64,000 nt of DNA from an uncultured Clostridiaceae bacterium (lineage in GTDB: Bacteria > Bacillota > Clostridia > Monoglobales > Firm-18), in contig CAZNKU010000003.1 in NCBI GenBank assembly GCA_964573775.1, forward strand, positions 2,997 through 66,996, given 5' to 3'. The notes beneath the pieces are model-generated. The model was not told the origin of the DNA, did no database searches, and saw only the letters and a list, made by a program, of their open reading frames with translations. The position numbers were made by a program, and so were the translations under genes. Every line of letters starts with the position of its first letter. The stretch's first letter is position 1. This document shows, piece by piece, positions 1-9,371 of this stretch.

Positions 1-857
1 TAGGTCATGAAATTCTTGGTATAGTTGAAGAAATCAATTCAGATTTCCCAACAGACATTAAGGTTGGCGACAGAGTTACTGTAAACCCACTTATCGGTTG
101 CGGTCACTGTGAACCTTGCAGAAAAGGTATCCACGTTTGTAAGTCACTTAAACTTCTTGGTATCCACGAAAACGGCGGTTACGCTGAATACACAAAGGCT
201 GACATCAGAAAGGTTGTTAAAATCAACGAAGGTATTTCTGATAAAATTGCTGCACTTGCAGAACCTTTCGCAGTTGGTTACCACGTAACAATGCGTGCAG
301 GCGTTAAAATGGGTGACAGCGTTCTTATCATCGGTGCAGGTCCTATCGGTATGGTTCTTGCTCTTTCTGCTAAAGCAGCAGGTGCTGATAAGATTATCAT
401 TTCCGAACCTGCAGAAACAAGACGTTCAGTTGCTGACGAATTTGGTTTTGAAACAATCAACCCAATGGATTATGATGACGTTATGACAAAAATCAACGAG
501 CTTACAGACGGTAACGGCTTTGATGTTGTATACGAAGTTTCAGGCTCTAAGGCTGGCGTTCTTCTTACAACAAAAGCTTGTAAAATCCGTGGTACAATCA
601 TCTCTATGGGTCTTTCAGGTCTTGAATATCCATTCCCAATCGGTCAGATTTCATTTAAGGAACAGACTTTGGTTGGTTCACGTACCTATTCTGAACCTAA
701 CTTCATTGGTGGTGTAAGAATGCTTGAAAAACTTGACAAGGAATATGACCTTAGCAAGCTAATCAGTGATGAACTTACTATCGACCAGGCTCAGGAAGCT
801 ATTGATATGATGATTAACAAGACTAATAATGGTAAAATCCTTATCAAATGCAACTAA
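1..857 (+). CDS. Zn-dependent alcohol/polyol dehydrogenase (MDR family), 5' end outside the window
   Basis: The frame is open from nt 3 and starts GHEILG (catalytic Zn GHE motif). It has a structural-Zn Cys cluster CGHCEPC and a Rossmann motif LIIGAGPIG. The stop is at 855-857. Confidence 0.8.
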   Translation, partial: GHEILGIVEEINSDFPTDIKVGDRVTVNPLIGCGHCEPCRKGIHVCKSLKLLGIHENGGYAEYTKADIRKVVKINEGISDKIAALAEPFAVGYHVTMRAGVKMGDSVLIIGAGPIGMVLALSAKAAGADKIIISEPAETRRSVADEFGFETINPMDYDDVMTKINELTDGNGFDVVYEVSGSKAGVLLTTKACKIRGTIISMGLSGLEYPFPIGQISFKEQTLVGSRTYSEPNFIGGVRMLEKLDKEYDLSKLISDELTIDQAQEAIDMMINKTNNGKILIKCN

Positions 858-863
858 AAAACT

Positions 864-952
864 TGTGCTTTTGGCGATGACCGTTCAAAAGCGATTTATA
901 GCATAATAAATGTTATATAAAGTAGAAATCCGTATGATTACATACGGATTTC
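864..952. repeat. 89-bp direct repeat, copy 1; contains two hairpins, the second followed by a T-run (terminator of the ADH gene)
   Basis: Near-identical to 1066-1154 (2 mismatches). Hairpins are GCTTTTG..CAAAAGC and GAAATCCGTATG..CATACGGATTTC, followed by TTTTTT. Confidence 0.85.
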
Positions 953-1065
953 TTTTTTGCTTTTGAACTATAAACAAACTTCACCCTCGACATACCTTTG
1001 TATGCCTTCGGGTAACCCTTCGGTTCAGTTTGTTTATTCCTCATCCAAAACCCCTGCGTTTTGGA

Positions 1066-1154
1066 TGTGCTTTTGGCGATGACCGTTCAAAAGCGATTTA
1101 TAGTATAATAAATGTTATATAAAGTAGAAATCTGTATGATTACATACGGATTTC
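1066..1154. repeat. 89-bp direct repeat, copy 2
   Basis: Near-identical to 864-952. It abuts the stop of the DUF1653 gene. Confidence 0.85.
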
Positions 1155-1155
1155 T

Positions 1156-1359
1156 TTATTCTACAAACTCAAATCTTCTTACCTTTTTTCCGTCAACCTC
1201 TACTTCTTCCTCCCACATATATGCAGGACGTACCCAAACCTTTTGTTCTCCATAAAGTGCACGGTATACAATCATTTCTTCCAATGTTTCGCTGTGTAAT
1301 GCAACATCTATAAGTTCATATTCATTACCCTTGTAATGTCTGTAAATTCCTTTTTTCAT
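1156..1359 (-). CDS. DUF1653 family small protein
   Basis: The 67-aa sequence YRHYKGNEYELI..ALHSETLEEMIVYRALYG matches my recollection of the DUF1653 pattern. Confidence 0.65.
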   Translation of the reverse strand: MKKGIYRHYKGNEYELIDVALHSETLEEMIVYRALYGEQKVWVRPAYMWEEEVEVDGKKVRRFEFVE

Positions 1360-1490
1360 AATATCAACCCCTTCCTTTACATTATAACATATTTATGCCA
1401 ATAATAAAAGATATTGTATTTTATCATTGACTTTTTAAGTTCATAATGATATAGTTGTCTAAAATGATTATTTAAAAAAGGAGTCGAATT

Positions 1491-1991
1491 ATGTTTATAG
1501 CAGGTCAAATTGCGGGCATTTTCAATACAATATTCGCTATACTTTCACTGCAGTGCAAAAGTATGAAGCGTTTACTTATATTGCAGATTATTTCAAACGG
1601 ATTGCTTATGCTTAATTTCGCCTTACTGGATGCATGGTCATTAATTGGTATAATAGCAGCGGTACAAACAGTAATTACCTTCGTATTCAAAGTAAAAAAA
1701 TTGAAAATACCGTCTTTTGTTATAGTTTTGTATATAGCTTCCTTTATAACAAGTACAATATACATATATGAAGAATTTTTAGACATTCTGCCGGGTATAG
1801 CTGCTATGATATACACATTAAGTATTGTACAGAAAAAATCTTCAGACTGCAGAATACTCACAATTTTCATTGCAATTTTATGTATTATATTTGACATAGG
1901 TTCAGGAATATGGATAAAAGTAATACCACATACATTCTTGCTTTGCTGTACGATAGTTGGAATAATGAGGTTAGACACAAAAAAACGTTAA
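1491..1991 (+). CDS. YgjV-like inner membrane protein
   Basis: 166 aa with multiple TM helices. The N-terminal pattern (IAGIFNTIFAILSLQCKSMKRLLILQIISNGLLMLNFALL) resembles the YgjV family. An RBS (AAGGAG) lies upstream. Confidence 0.5.
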   Translation: MFIAGQIAGIFNTIFAILSLQCKSMKRLLILQIISNGLLMLNFALLDAWSLIGIIAAVQTVITFVFKVKKLKIPSFVIVLYIASFITSTIYIYEEFLDILPGIAAMIYTLSIVQKKSSDCRILTIFIAILCIIFDIGSGIWIKVIPHTFLLCCTIVGIMRLDTKKR

Positions 1992-2061
1992 AAAACAAGG
2001 ACTGGCAAAAGCGACTTCTCACTATGTGAACGCCGCTGATGTCGGTCCTTTTTAAATTTAT

Positions 2062-2586
2062 TTACTTACTAAAAACAAAGCTTGCCTTTGTGTCGTCCAT
2101 TATATCAGGTTGCACCTGAATTTCCAAATCATTCCATTCACTTGATATTTCAACCGCATAATAGCCTATTAACTTTTTGCCCGGTGCAATTGTTCCATCA
2201 AGTGTGGTCGAACCGTCTTCAAATGCCATCATACCGGAAAGTGAATAATCACATGCAACATCATTATTGTATGCCTCAAACATTAATAATGAACTGATGT
2301 TTTGATCTTCATCAGAAACATTTTCAATTTCAAATTTTACACCAACAAAGACATTTCCGTCTGCCGCCTCAAAAAATTCAACACCGTCAGACTCCTGCAA
2401 ATCGGTTGCAGTAATTTTCAAATTATCAAATACTGCAGTTTCATTAAGTCCAAATGTTGTATCTTGTGTTGTAGTAACTTCACCGTTTGAATCCGTTACT
2501 TCCTTTTCCACACCTTCATCACATGCTGTTATACATAAAGCCAGCACAACAATCAGCCCCAAAACCAACATTCTTTTAATTTTCAT
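2062..2586 (-). CDS. Lipoprotein, DUF4352-like
   Basis: Signal peptide with lipobox LCITAC. The beta-rich C-terminal domain has a VGVKFEIENVS pattern typical of DUF4352. Confidence 0.6.
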   Translation of the reverse strand: MKIKRMLVLGLIVVLALCITACDEGVEKEVTDSNGEVTTTQDTTFGLNETAVFDNLKITATDLQESDGVEFFEAADGNVFVGVKFEIENVSDEDQNISSLLMFEAYNNDVACDYSLSGMMAFEDGSTTLDGTIAPGKKLIGYYAVEISSEWNDLEIQVQPDIMDDTKASFVFSK

Positions 2587-2603
2587 GATATTTTCCTCCT
2601 TTT

Positions 2604-2675
2604 TATAACCTAACGGTTATAATTTAGTATATTATAGCATATTATTTGGTACAATGTCAATAACCAAACGGTTAT
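2604..2675. promoter_or_regulatory. Two copies of the inverted repeat ATAACC-N4-GGTTAT in the divergent XRE/lipoprotein intergenic region (candidate operators)
   Basis: TATAACCTAACGGTTATA at 2604-2621 and ATAACCAAACGGTTAT at 2660-2675, both seen directly in the sequence. Confidence 0.45.
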
Positions 2676-2699
2676 CAAAAAATATTAGAGGGTGTTTTC

Positions 2700-2906
2700 G
2701 TGAATTATTATCCACGTATACGAGATTTAAGAGAGGACAATGACCTTACCCAATCAGATGTTGCCAGTATGCTTTCAATGAAACAATCACAATATTGCAG
2801 ATACGAAAAAGGTTACAGGGATATTCCTACAGATATTCTGATAAAACTGGCTGACTTTTATAAAACCTCTACAGATTATATTCTTGGCAGAACAAATGTA
2901 AAATAA
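2700..2906 (+). CDS. XRE-family helix-turn-helix transcriptional regulator
   Basis: 68 aa with a GTG start. LREDNDLTQSDVASMLSMKQSQYCRYEKG is a classic Cro/CI HTH pattern. Confidence 0.8.
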   Translation: MNYYPRIRDLREDNDLTQSDVASMLSMKQSQYCRYEKGYRDIPTDILIKLADFYKTSTDYILGRTNVK

Positions 2907-3003
2907 ACCATTTACCTTTGTTGACAATAATCAGTAAAAACATTATAATAAAAATTGCAGTGATATTAATGCTCTGCAATTTTTTTATGAAAGGTGATGT
3001 AAG

Positions 3004-4173
3004 ATGTTAGATTTCACATATAACACACCTACCAAGGTGTATTTTGGAAAAGGAAAACACAAAGAAGTCGGAAATATAATTAAAGAATACGGCTTCGACA
3101 CAATTATGATGCAATACGGTAAAAGCAGTATAAAGGCAAATGGTCTTTATGATGATGTTATGTCATCACTTAACGAAAATGGTATAAAAGTAATTGAAAT
3201 GGGTGGTGTAGAACCTAACCCTAAACACACATTTGTTCGTGAAGCCGTAAAGGTTGCAAAAGAAAACAATGTTCAGATGATACTTGCTGTTGGCGGTGGC
3301 AGCGTTATAGATTCCTGTAAATATACCGCACTTTCCGTTGCAAATAACTGTGACGTATGGGATATTGCAACAGGCAAGGCTAAGGCTACAAAGACTATAC
3401 CCGTAGGTTGTATTCTTACAATTTCTGCGGCAGGCAGCGAAATGAGTAAATCTGCCGTTATTACAAATATGGAAGAAAATCAGAAAAGAGGCTATGCGCC
3501 TGAAATTAACAGATGTATTTTTGCAATAGAAAATCCCGAGCTTACATATACAGTAAGCAAATATCAGACAGCCTGCGGTGTAGTTGATACTATGATGCAT
3601 ACCATGGAAAGATACTTTACAGTTGGCGAGCCTACCGACCTTACAGACAGAATATCCGAAAGTATCATAAAGGCTGTTAAGGACGCAGGTACGGTTGCAA
3701 TAGAAAAGCCTGATGATTATGAAGCCCGTGCCACAATAATGTGGGGCTCCTCCCTTTCTCATAACGGTCTTACAAACTGTGGCAGAAACCTATACCTTGC
3801 TGTACACCAGCTTGAACACGCACTTAGTGGAGAATATGACCATATTGCCCACGGTGCAGGCCTTGCAGTTTTGTACCCTGTATGGTGCAGATATGTTTAC
3901 AGGGAAAATACTTCACGTTTTGCACAACTTGCACGCCGTGTATGGGATGTTGTTGAAGCCGATGACGAAAAGGCTGCTTTAATGGGTATTGAGGCTATGG
4001 AAGAATACTTCAAATCTATCGGTATGCCTTCAAAATTAGGCGAATTTGGCATAACAGAAGATTGTATAGACAGACTTGCAGACCTTTGCACATTTGGCAA
4101 GACACGTACAATAAACGGCTATATCGAGCTTGATTATGACAAAGTAAAAGAAATATTCAAATTAGCTTTTTAA
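3004..4173 (+). CDS. Iron-containing (group III) alcohol dehydrogenase, butanol dehydrogenase/YqhD-like
   Basis: 389 aa with the GGGS(V)ID NAD(P)-binding motif (AVGGGSVIDSCK) and His-rich metal site segments (HxxxH: HQLEHALSGEYDHIAHG). Confidence 0.85.
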   Translation: MLDFTYNTPTKVYFGKGKHKEVGNIIKEYGFDTIMMQYGKSSIKANGLYDDVMSSLNENGIKVIEMGGVEPNPKHTFVREAVKVAKENNVQMILAVGGGSVIDSCKYTALSVANNCDVWDIATGKAKATKTIPVGCILTISAAGSEMSKSAVITNMEENQKRGYAPEINRCIFAIENPELTYTVSKYQTACGVVDTMMHTMERYFTVGEPTDLTDRISESIIKAVKDAGTVAIEKPDDYEARATIMWGSSLSHNGLTNCGRNLYLAVHQLEHALSGEYDHIAHGAGLAVLYPVWCRYVYRENTSRFAQLARRVWDVVEADDEKAALMGIEAMEEYFKSIGMPSKLGEFGITEDCIDRLADLCTFGKTRTINGYIELDYDKVKEIFKLAF

Positions 4174-4239
4174 CAACAAGATCCGAATGGTTGTGTCAGG
4201 TACTGTTAAGGACAGTTTTTTAAAATAACGAAAAAGAAT

Positions 4240-4870
4240 ATTTATGTACTTTTGGAGTCAAAAGTACCAAAAACGCGAGGGTTTCGATTCCCTCGCGCTC
4301 CTAAACGACAAGGGCTCTGCCCTTGACCCGTTCCGGGGGTTTCTTTATTTTATAAATTAATACTTTGTTCTTTCTGTCAAATCCAAAAAACTACAGGTCG
4401 GGGCTATACGAAAACTTATTTCGCTAGCCCCTAAAATCATTGTCCTGCAGCGGAAATTGATAACAATGATTTTTCCTTTGTTTTTGGATTTTCTGTTTGT
4501 GTTTTTTCTGTGACACAAAGTATCACTCAAGCAAGAACGCCGTAGAGTGAGGGATTGCAAATCGTTTCGAGGTTTTGAAAAAATTGGCGTAAAATTGCGC
4601 ATATCATTTCCCTCTGCTGCGGATGAGTCCAAATCTTTGATTTGGCTAACGAATCCCATGCAAAGGATGTCCAAGAAAACGAGCATTTGCGAAGTTTGAT
4701 TGGAAACAGCCGACTGTTGATGCGTAATTTTAGGAGTCAGTGCGATAAGTTCGCATATGACGACGGCGACAATTTTAAGAAACTGACGAATTACGAGTTG
4801 CTGACCGAACGTCCCGGCGCCGATTTTTTGCTTACTTTTTGTCGGGGCAAAAAGTAAGTCCCACGCGGAT
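4240..4870. repeat. Mosaic island A of short hairpin modules (M2 4537-4618, M1 4619-4716, M5 about 4717-4765, M3 4766-4863 and others)
   Basis: Long stretches are near-identical to 50871-51193 and 20372-20464. There is no credible ORF. Confidence 0.8.
4619..4716 (+). repeat. Module M1 copy A (about 95-nt GCGGATGAGTCC...GGAAACAGCCGACTG element)
   Basis: Matches 51075-51166 (+) and 20372-20464 (-) with a few substitutions and a variable 6-nt patch. Confidence 0.8.
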
Positions 4871-4938
4871 AGCGTAAAAATTAAAAAGGATAGTTAAAAC
4901 TATCCTTAAGGGTACTTCTCATAATTATTCGGATTTTT

Positions 4939-5598
4939 TTAATAAACATAGAGATAAACACAGAAAAATTGTAATATGCTTCCTGCAAGTACAAATATGT
5001 GCCATATAAAATGAAAAAATTTAAGCTTCTTGTTTTTGTAGAATATAATACCTACTGTATATGCCACACCGCCTGACACTAAAAACACAAGTGCCGCTGG
5101 TGTAAAAGAAAGTATTGATTTTATGGAGAAAACTATCATCCAACCCATAATTACGTAAAGAGCAAGGGATGCTTTTTTCCACTTTTCCATATTTATTGCA
5201 TTAAATACTATACCAAGCACCATACACCCTGCCTGAATACCGAAAATCGTCCAACCCAAAGCACCTTTTATATAGTTAAGTGCAATAGGAGTATATGTGC
5301 CGACAATTAAAATAAAAATTGAACAGTGGTCAAGTATCTGAAACACTTTTCTTGCACCTGTTTTTGCCAATGCGTGGTACAAACAGGAAAGCAGATACAA
5401 AAGCACAAGACTTCCGCCGTAAATGCACGCACTTACAACCCCGAGCGCACCCGAATTATGTGCAGCTTTTACTATTAAAAGCACCAGTGCAGCAACGGAA
5501 AGACCTGCTCCTATACCGTGTGAGATTGAATTTGCTATTTCCTCACCCAATGTCTGCGTTTTAACTTGCTTTAACATTCCCATAGTTTTCGCCTCCAA
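4939..5598 (-). CDS. Hemolysin III / PAQR family membrane protein
   Basis: 219 aa with 7 TM helices and conserved His positions (SHGIG.., DH(C)SIF.., FHFIWH). Confidence 0.8.
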   Translation of the reverse strand: MEAKTMGMLKQVKTQTLGEEIANSISHGIGAGLSVAALVLLIVKAAHNSGALGVVSACIYGGSLVLLYLLSCLYHALAKTGARKVFQILDHCSIFILIVGTYTPIALNYIKGALGWTIFGIQAGCMVLGIVFNAINMEKWKKASLALYVIMGWMIVFSIKSILSFTPAALVFLVSGGVAYTVGIIFYKNKKLKFFHFIWHIFVLAGSILQFFCVYLYVY

Positions 5599-5661
5599 TA
5601 ACCGTTCATCAGTTTTTCAATACCATATTACCACTTTTTAGTTAACTTGTCAAACGTTTAT

Positions 5662-6393
5662 TCAAAAATTCGGCTTAAAACTTGGCATAAGTTCAAGCTT
5701 AAACAGGTTCATTTTATGCTTTCTGTCTATAATTTCTTTTTTATCTTTATCCTCTATTACACCTGTGCGGATGTAAACGTCAAGCTCTGCATAGGTAAAG
5801 CCTAAGTTTTCCTCATCAGTTTTACCGCAAAGTCCGTCTATTGGTACTTTGTCAACCAACACATCAGGAAGACCCAAAAGTCTGCCTATTTCCTTAACCT
5901 CTGTTACTGTAAGGTGTGACATAGGTGAAAAGTCACCTGCCGCATCACCGTAACGTGTAGAATAACCTACCCAGTCTTCAGAAAGGTTACAGGTATTGCA
6001 AACTCTGCCGTTACAGCTTTGGGAAATTGCATAAAGTGTAGTCATTCTCACTCTTGGAGGAATATTTGTTACAGTCTGTGTAGAAATTTCCAAATCCTTT
6101 GGCATACTGTTTTTAAGACCTTCAACAGCGTCCTTTATGTTTACAACATAGTGCTTTATACCAAGGTGGTTTACCAAAAGCTCTGCCATGTCAATATCGT
6201 GCTGTTCACCGCAGGGCATTAAAACACCTATAACTCTGTCCTTGCCAAGAGCCTCAACACAAAGTGCCGCCGCAATTGAGCTGTCCTTTCCGCCGGAAAT
6301 CCCAACAACAGCATTACAGCCTTTTCCGTTTTCCTCAAAAAAATTCTTAATCCATTCAACACATTGATTTTTTACTTTTACAGCATCAAACAT
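5662..6393 (-). CDS. nadE: NH3-dependent NAD+ synthetase
   Basis: 243 aa with the PP-loop SGGxDS motif (GISGGKDSS). Confidence 0.85.
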   Translation of the reverse strand: MFDAVKVKNQCVEWIKNFFEENGKGCNAVVGISGGKDSSIAAALCVEALGKDRVIGVLMPCGEQHDIDMAELLVNHLGIKHYVVNIKDAVEGLKNSMPKDLEISTQTVTNIPPRVRMTTLYAISQSCNGRVCNTCNLSEDWVGYSTRYGDAAGDFSPMSHLTVTEVKEIGRLLGLPDVLVDKVPIDGLCGKTDEENLGFTYAELDVYIRTGVIEDKDKKEIIDRKHKMNLFKLELMPSFKPNF

Positions 6394-6405
6394 AAATTAT
6401 TCCTC

Positions 6406-7845
6406 CTATTTTAGGCTTATTTCATAATCCTTCACACAGCCGTGTGCACCGAATATCTGCCATTTACCTGCACCCAACCTTTGCATAACTGCATTACGCT
6501 CAACTGCACAAAGCTCAGGATTGGTATCCACAGATGTCATAAGTATCGGTGCATATTGATTATACTGCTTTTGTTCGGAAGTCATACCCTTCAAATTAAC
6601 ATAAACGTCACCGGTAAATGTGATATGATGTTCATAATCTATAAGCACAATTTCACCGGGCAAGTGTCCTCCTCTTCCCTCGTAAACTTCAAAGTGCAAA
6701 TCACCGAAATCAAAAAAGCCAATTTGCCACAAATCCCCGCTTTTTGGGTCATTTTCATTCCACATAACCTTAATTTTTTCAGGATTTGGTGGCATATAGT
6801 CTGTCAAAGTCTTGCATATACGAATGTAAGGCTTGTGCAGAATATTTTGTTCACGGTAGCCATCCTTACCATCAAATTCCGCCTTAAGACTTTGGGCACT
6901 TTTAGCACTTGCAAAAACTTCATCAAACATTGCGAGAAGTCCGCAGTGGTCAACATCTGCATGGGTTATAAGTGCTCTTTTTTTCATTTTATCAAAACCT
7001 GGAATAAGCTTTCTGAACAAGTCTGTCATTTCGTCTTTGTAATAAGCATACCCCGTATCTACAAACAAATATTCATCCCCGCTTTTTATAATTGCCGTAT
7101 TACTTCCGCAGGGAGGTTCTATAAGTATAATTTCAGTATTTTCTGTTATTGTATGTTTTGTTATACGTGGAGAAAAGGCTTCACCTTTGCATTTTGCAAG
7201 CAGGTCTGCAAACTTACTTATGCTGTCAAAGGTTTTGTATGGTGAAAGCCCCTGTTCATCAAGTATCTGCATAGCAAGGTTTGTGTTTATCAAAAGGTCG
7301 TTTTTCTCACTTTCCGAAATTCCGCTTGCCTCAATAAGACTTGTAACAAAGGAATTGTAAAAAATACTGTTGTCAAAAACCTTTTCCGAACGGTTGTATT
7401 CCACAACGTTTACGTTACATATATTCTTTGCCTTATCAATAAAAAGTTTTATCTTTTCCGCATCTTCTACAAACAAGCCCATTTTAAAAAGCTGATGCTC
7501 TGTGTTACTTTCCTGATAGCTCATATAGGAAATATTAAAGCTGAATTTTTCAATAACCTCCAGAATTTTTGTTACACTGCCGGGGCGGTTTTCAAGATAA
7601 AATTCCAATAAAATAATATTTGACTCCGCTTGATTCCCCTGCAAATATCCTATTGCCTCAAGCTGCTTGTCCGCTTCTGCAAGAGCTTCAGCAGAACCTT
7701 CTGCATCCAAAAACAAAGTATGGGAATCCACAGCCTTGTTATAGCTTACCCTTGAAATATTAATACCCAAATCCGCAAAGCATTTGCTCGCCTGCAAAAA
7801 TGCACCAATGTGGTTAGGCATATTTGTTACATAAGTTTTTTTCAT
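6406..7845 (-). CDS. ACT-domain / metallo-beta-lactamase-fold fusion protein
   Basis: Two N-terminal ACT-like repeats and a C-terminal MBL motif HADVDHCG. The ATG at 7845 follows an AAGGTGA RBS; the ORF-track start at 7854 is a GTG inside that RBS. Confidence 0.65.
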   Translation of the reverse strand: MKKTYVTNMPNHIGAFLQASKCFADLGINISRVSYNKAVDSHTLFLDAEGSAEALAEADKQLEAIGYLQGNQAESNIILLEFYLENRPGSVTKILEVIEKFSFNISYMSYQESNTEHQLFKMGLFVEDAEKIKLFIDKAKNICNVNVVEYNRSEKVFDNSIFYNSFVTSLIEASGISESEKNDLLINTNLAMQILDEQGLSPYKTFDSISKFADLLAKCKGEAFSPRITKHTITENTEIILIEPPCGSNTAIIKSGDEYLFVDTGYAYYKDEMTDLFRKLIPGFDKMKKRALITHADVDHCGLLAMFDEVFASAKSAQSLKAEFDGKDGYREQNILHKPYIRICKTLTDYMPPNPEKIKVMWNENDPKSGDLWQIGFFDFGDLHFEVYEGRGGHLPGEIVLIDYEHHITFTGDVYVNLKGMTSEQKQYNQYAPILMTSVDTNPELCAVERNAVMQRLGAGKWQIFGAHGCVKDYEISLK

Positions 7846-7903
7846 AAATATCACCTTAGATTCAATTTTATCACATATTTTATAAAAAGTAAATTGTCAA
7901 TTA

Positions 7904-7929
7904 GAAAAAGCCTGAACTTTAAGTTCAGA
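7904..7929 (-). terminator. Rho-independent terminator after the his operon
   Basis: Minus-strand hairpin CTGAAC..GTTCAG followed by a T-run. It overlaps the stop of the histidinol phosphatase gene. Confidence 0.55.
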
Positions 7930-8728
7930 CCTTTCTGTCTACAAATCCGTCTTTAGTTAAAACCTTTACGGTTTCAAAACCGCACTTTTTCACACGTTCT
8001 ATGGCTTTATCATAGGCGTTACCAAGAGTTTCGGCATCGTGACAATCAGAAGTTATAACCACGTCACAACCACGTTTTTTAATTTCCTTTAATATAAATT
8101 CCGAAGGGTAAATTTTGTTATACCCTCGGCTTATTGCGCCTGTGTTTACTTCAAATACAGGTTTTGCTTTAGTAACCTCGTCCAAAGTATCAATTACACA
8201 TTTTTTATACCAATCGGCATCTTCATCAAAATATTTATTACCCTCGTTGAATTTTGCAACAAGGTCAAAATGCCCGACAATATCTGCATCTGTTTTCTTT
8301 GCAACATTTTTTACTGTTTCATAATAAAGTTCAACAAAAGCTCTGTAACTTCCGTCAAAATACTTTTCTATATTTTTCTCAAAAATATCATAATAATCAA
8401 CATCCACAAATTTACCGTCTTTTTTTACATAGTGAACTGAGCCTATTACATAGTCATATTCCTGACCGTCAGGGGTGAAATAATAATCTCTCTCAATACC
8501 TTTTAGAATATCAATCTGCGGATATTTTTCTTTTAAAACTTCTATTTCTTCACAATATTTTTTTGTATTTTCCAAAGACATACACCAACCACTATCAAAA
8601 TCCGTATATGAATGTCCTGAAAAACCAAGGGACTCAAAGCCAATTTCTATGGCCTTTTTTACCATATCTTCAAGTTTGGTTTTTCCATCACAATACGTAG
8701 AATGAACATGGATATCGGAATAAATCAT
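7925..8728 (-). CDS. hisJ: Histidinol-phosphatase, PHP family
   Basis: N-terminal DIHVHSTYCDG PHP motif. It is the last gene of the his operon. Confidence 0.75.
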   Translation of the reverse strand: MIYSDIHVHSTYCDGKTKLEDMVKKAIEIGFESLGFSGHSYTDFDSGWCMSLENTKKYCEEIEVLKEKYPQIDILKGIERDYYFTPDGQEYDYVIGSVHYVKKDGKFVDVDYYDIFEKNIEKYFDGSYRAFVELYYETVKNVAKKTDADIVGHFDLVAKFNEGNKYFDEDADWYKKCVIDTLDEVTKAKPVFEVNTGAISRGYNKIYPSEFILKEIKKRGCDVVITSDCHDAETLGNAYDKAIERVKKCGFETVKVLTKDGFVDRKV

Positions 8729-9369
8729 TTTGTCATCTTCTCCTGTTTAACCTTATGGTCAATAATATGACGTGAAGCAAGCTCCTTCATAACGTCGTCA
8801 ACACTTATACCCATTTCAACCATCATAACCATTGTATGATACATAAGGTCTGCAATTTCATAAATTGTTTCTGCCTTGTCGTTATCCTTTGAAGCAATGA
8901 TAACTTCTGTACATTCTTCACCAATTTTTTTAAGAATTTTATCAATGCCCTTCTGGAAAAGGTATGTTGTGTATGAGCCTTCGGGAAGTTCAGCCTTTCT
9001 GCCCTGAAGCATTTCGTAAAGTCCCTGTACGGAAAATGTATTTTCTTCACCAAAAACTATGTTTGTAAAGCAGGAATCTGTACCCTTGTGGCATGCAGGA
9101 CCGTCCTTTGTAACAGTTACGGTAAGGGCATCCATATCACAGTCTGCTACAATGCTTTCAATGTGCTGGTAGTTACCTGATGTTTCGCCCTTTCTCCATA
9201 TTTCTTGTCTGGAGCGTGACCAGAAGCAAGTCTTCTTTTCCTTAATGCTTATTTCAAGGCTTTCCCTGTTCATATATGCAAGTGTTAAAACCTTTTTACT
9301 TTGTGCATCCACAACTATTGCAGGGATAAGTCCTTTTTCGTCAAATTTCAAATCATTTATATTAACCAT
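8725..9369 (-). CDS. hisIE: Bifunctional phosphoribosyl-AMP cyclohydrolase / phosphoribosyl-ATP pyrophosphatase
   Basis: 214 aa with an N-terminal HisI pattern (LIPAIVVD..LTLAYMN..FWSRSR) and a C-terminal HisE pattern (ELPEGSYTTYLF..KILKKIGEE). Confidence 0.9.
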   Translation of the reverse strand: MVNINDLKFDEKGLIPAIVVDAQSKKVLTLAYMNRESLEISIKEKKTCFWSRSRQEIWRKGETSGNYQHIESIVADCDMDALTVTVTKDGPACHKGTDSCFTNIVFGEENTFSVQGLYEMLQGRKAELPEGSYTTYLFQKGIDKILKKIGEECTEVIIASKDNDKAETIYEIADLMYHTMVMMVEMGISVDDVMKELASRHIIDHKVKQEKMTK

Positions 9370-9371
9370 TT

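Noticed and set aside
4357-4857. ORFs 4357..4686 (109 aa) and 4642..4857 (71 aa)
   Set aside because: They lie entirely in mosaic repeat island A. The same sequence modules occur in a different order in island B, which breaks the frames. No RBS is present.
6442-7245. 267-aa ORF antisense to the ACT/MBL gene, and similar long antisense ORFs (for example 15413..15868, 39127..39624, 55830..56306, 60105..60530)
   Set aside because: Each fully overlaps a well-supported gene on the other strand and has a Ser/Cys/Phe-rich, low-complexity translation typical of antisense frames.
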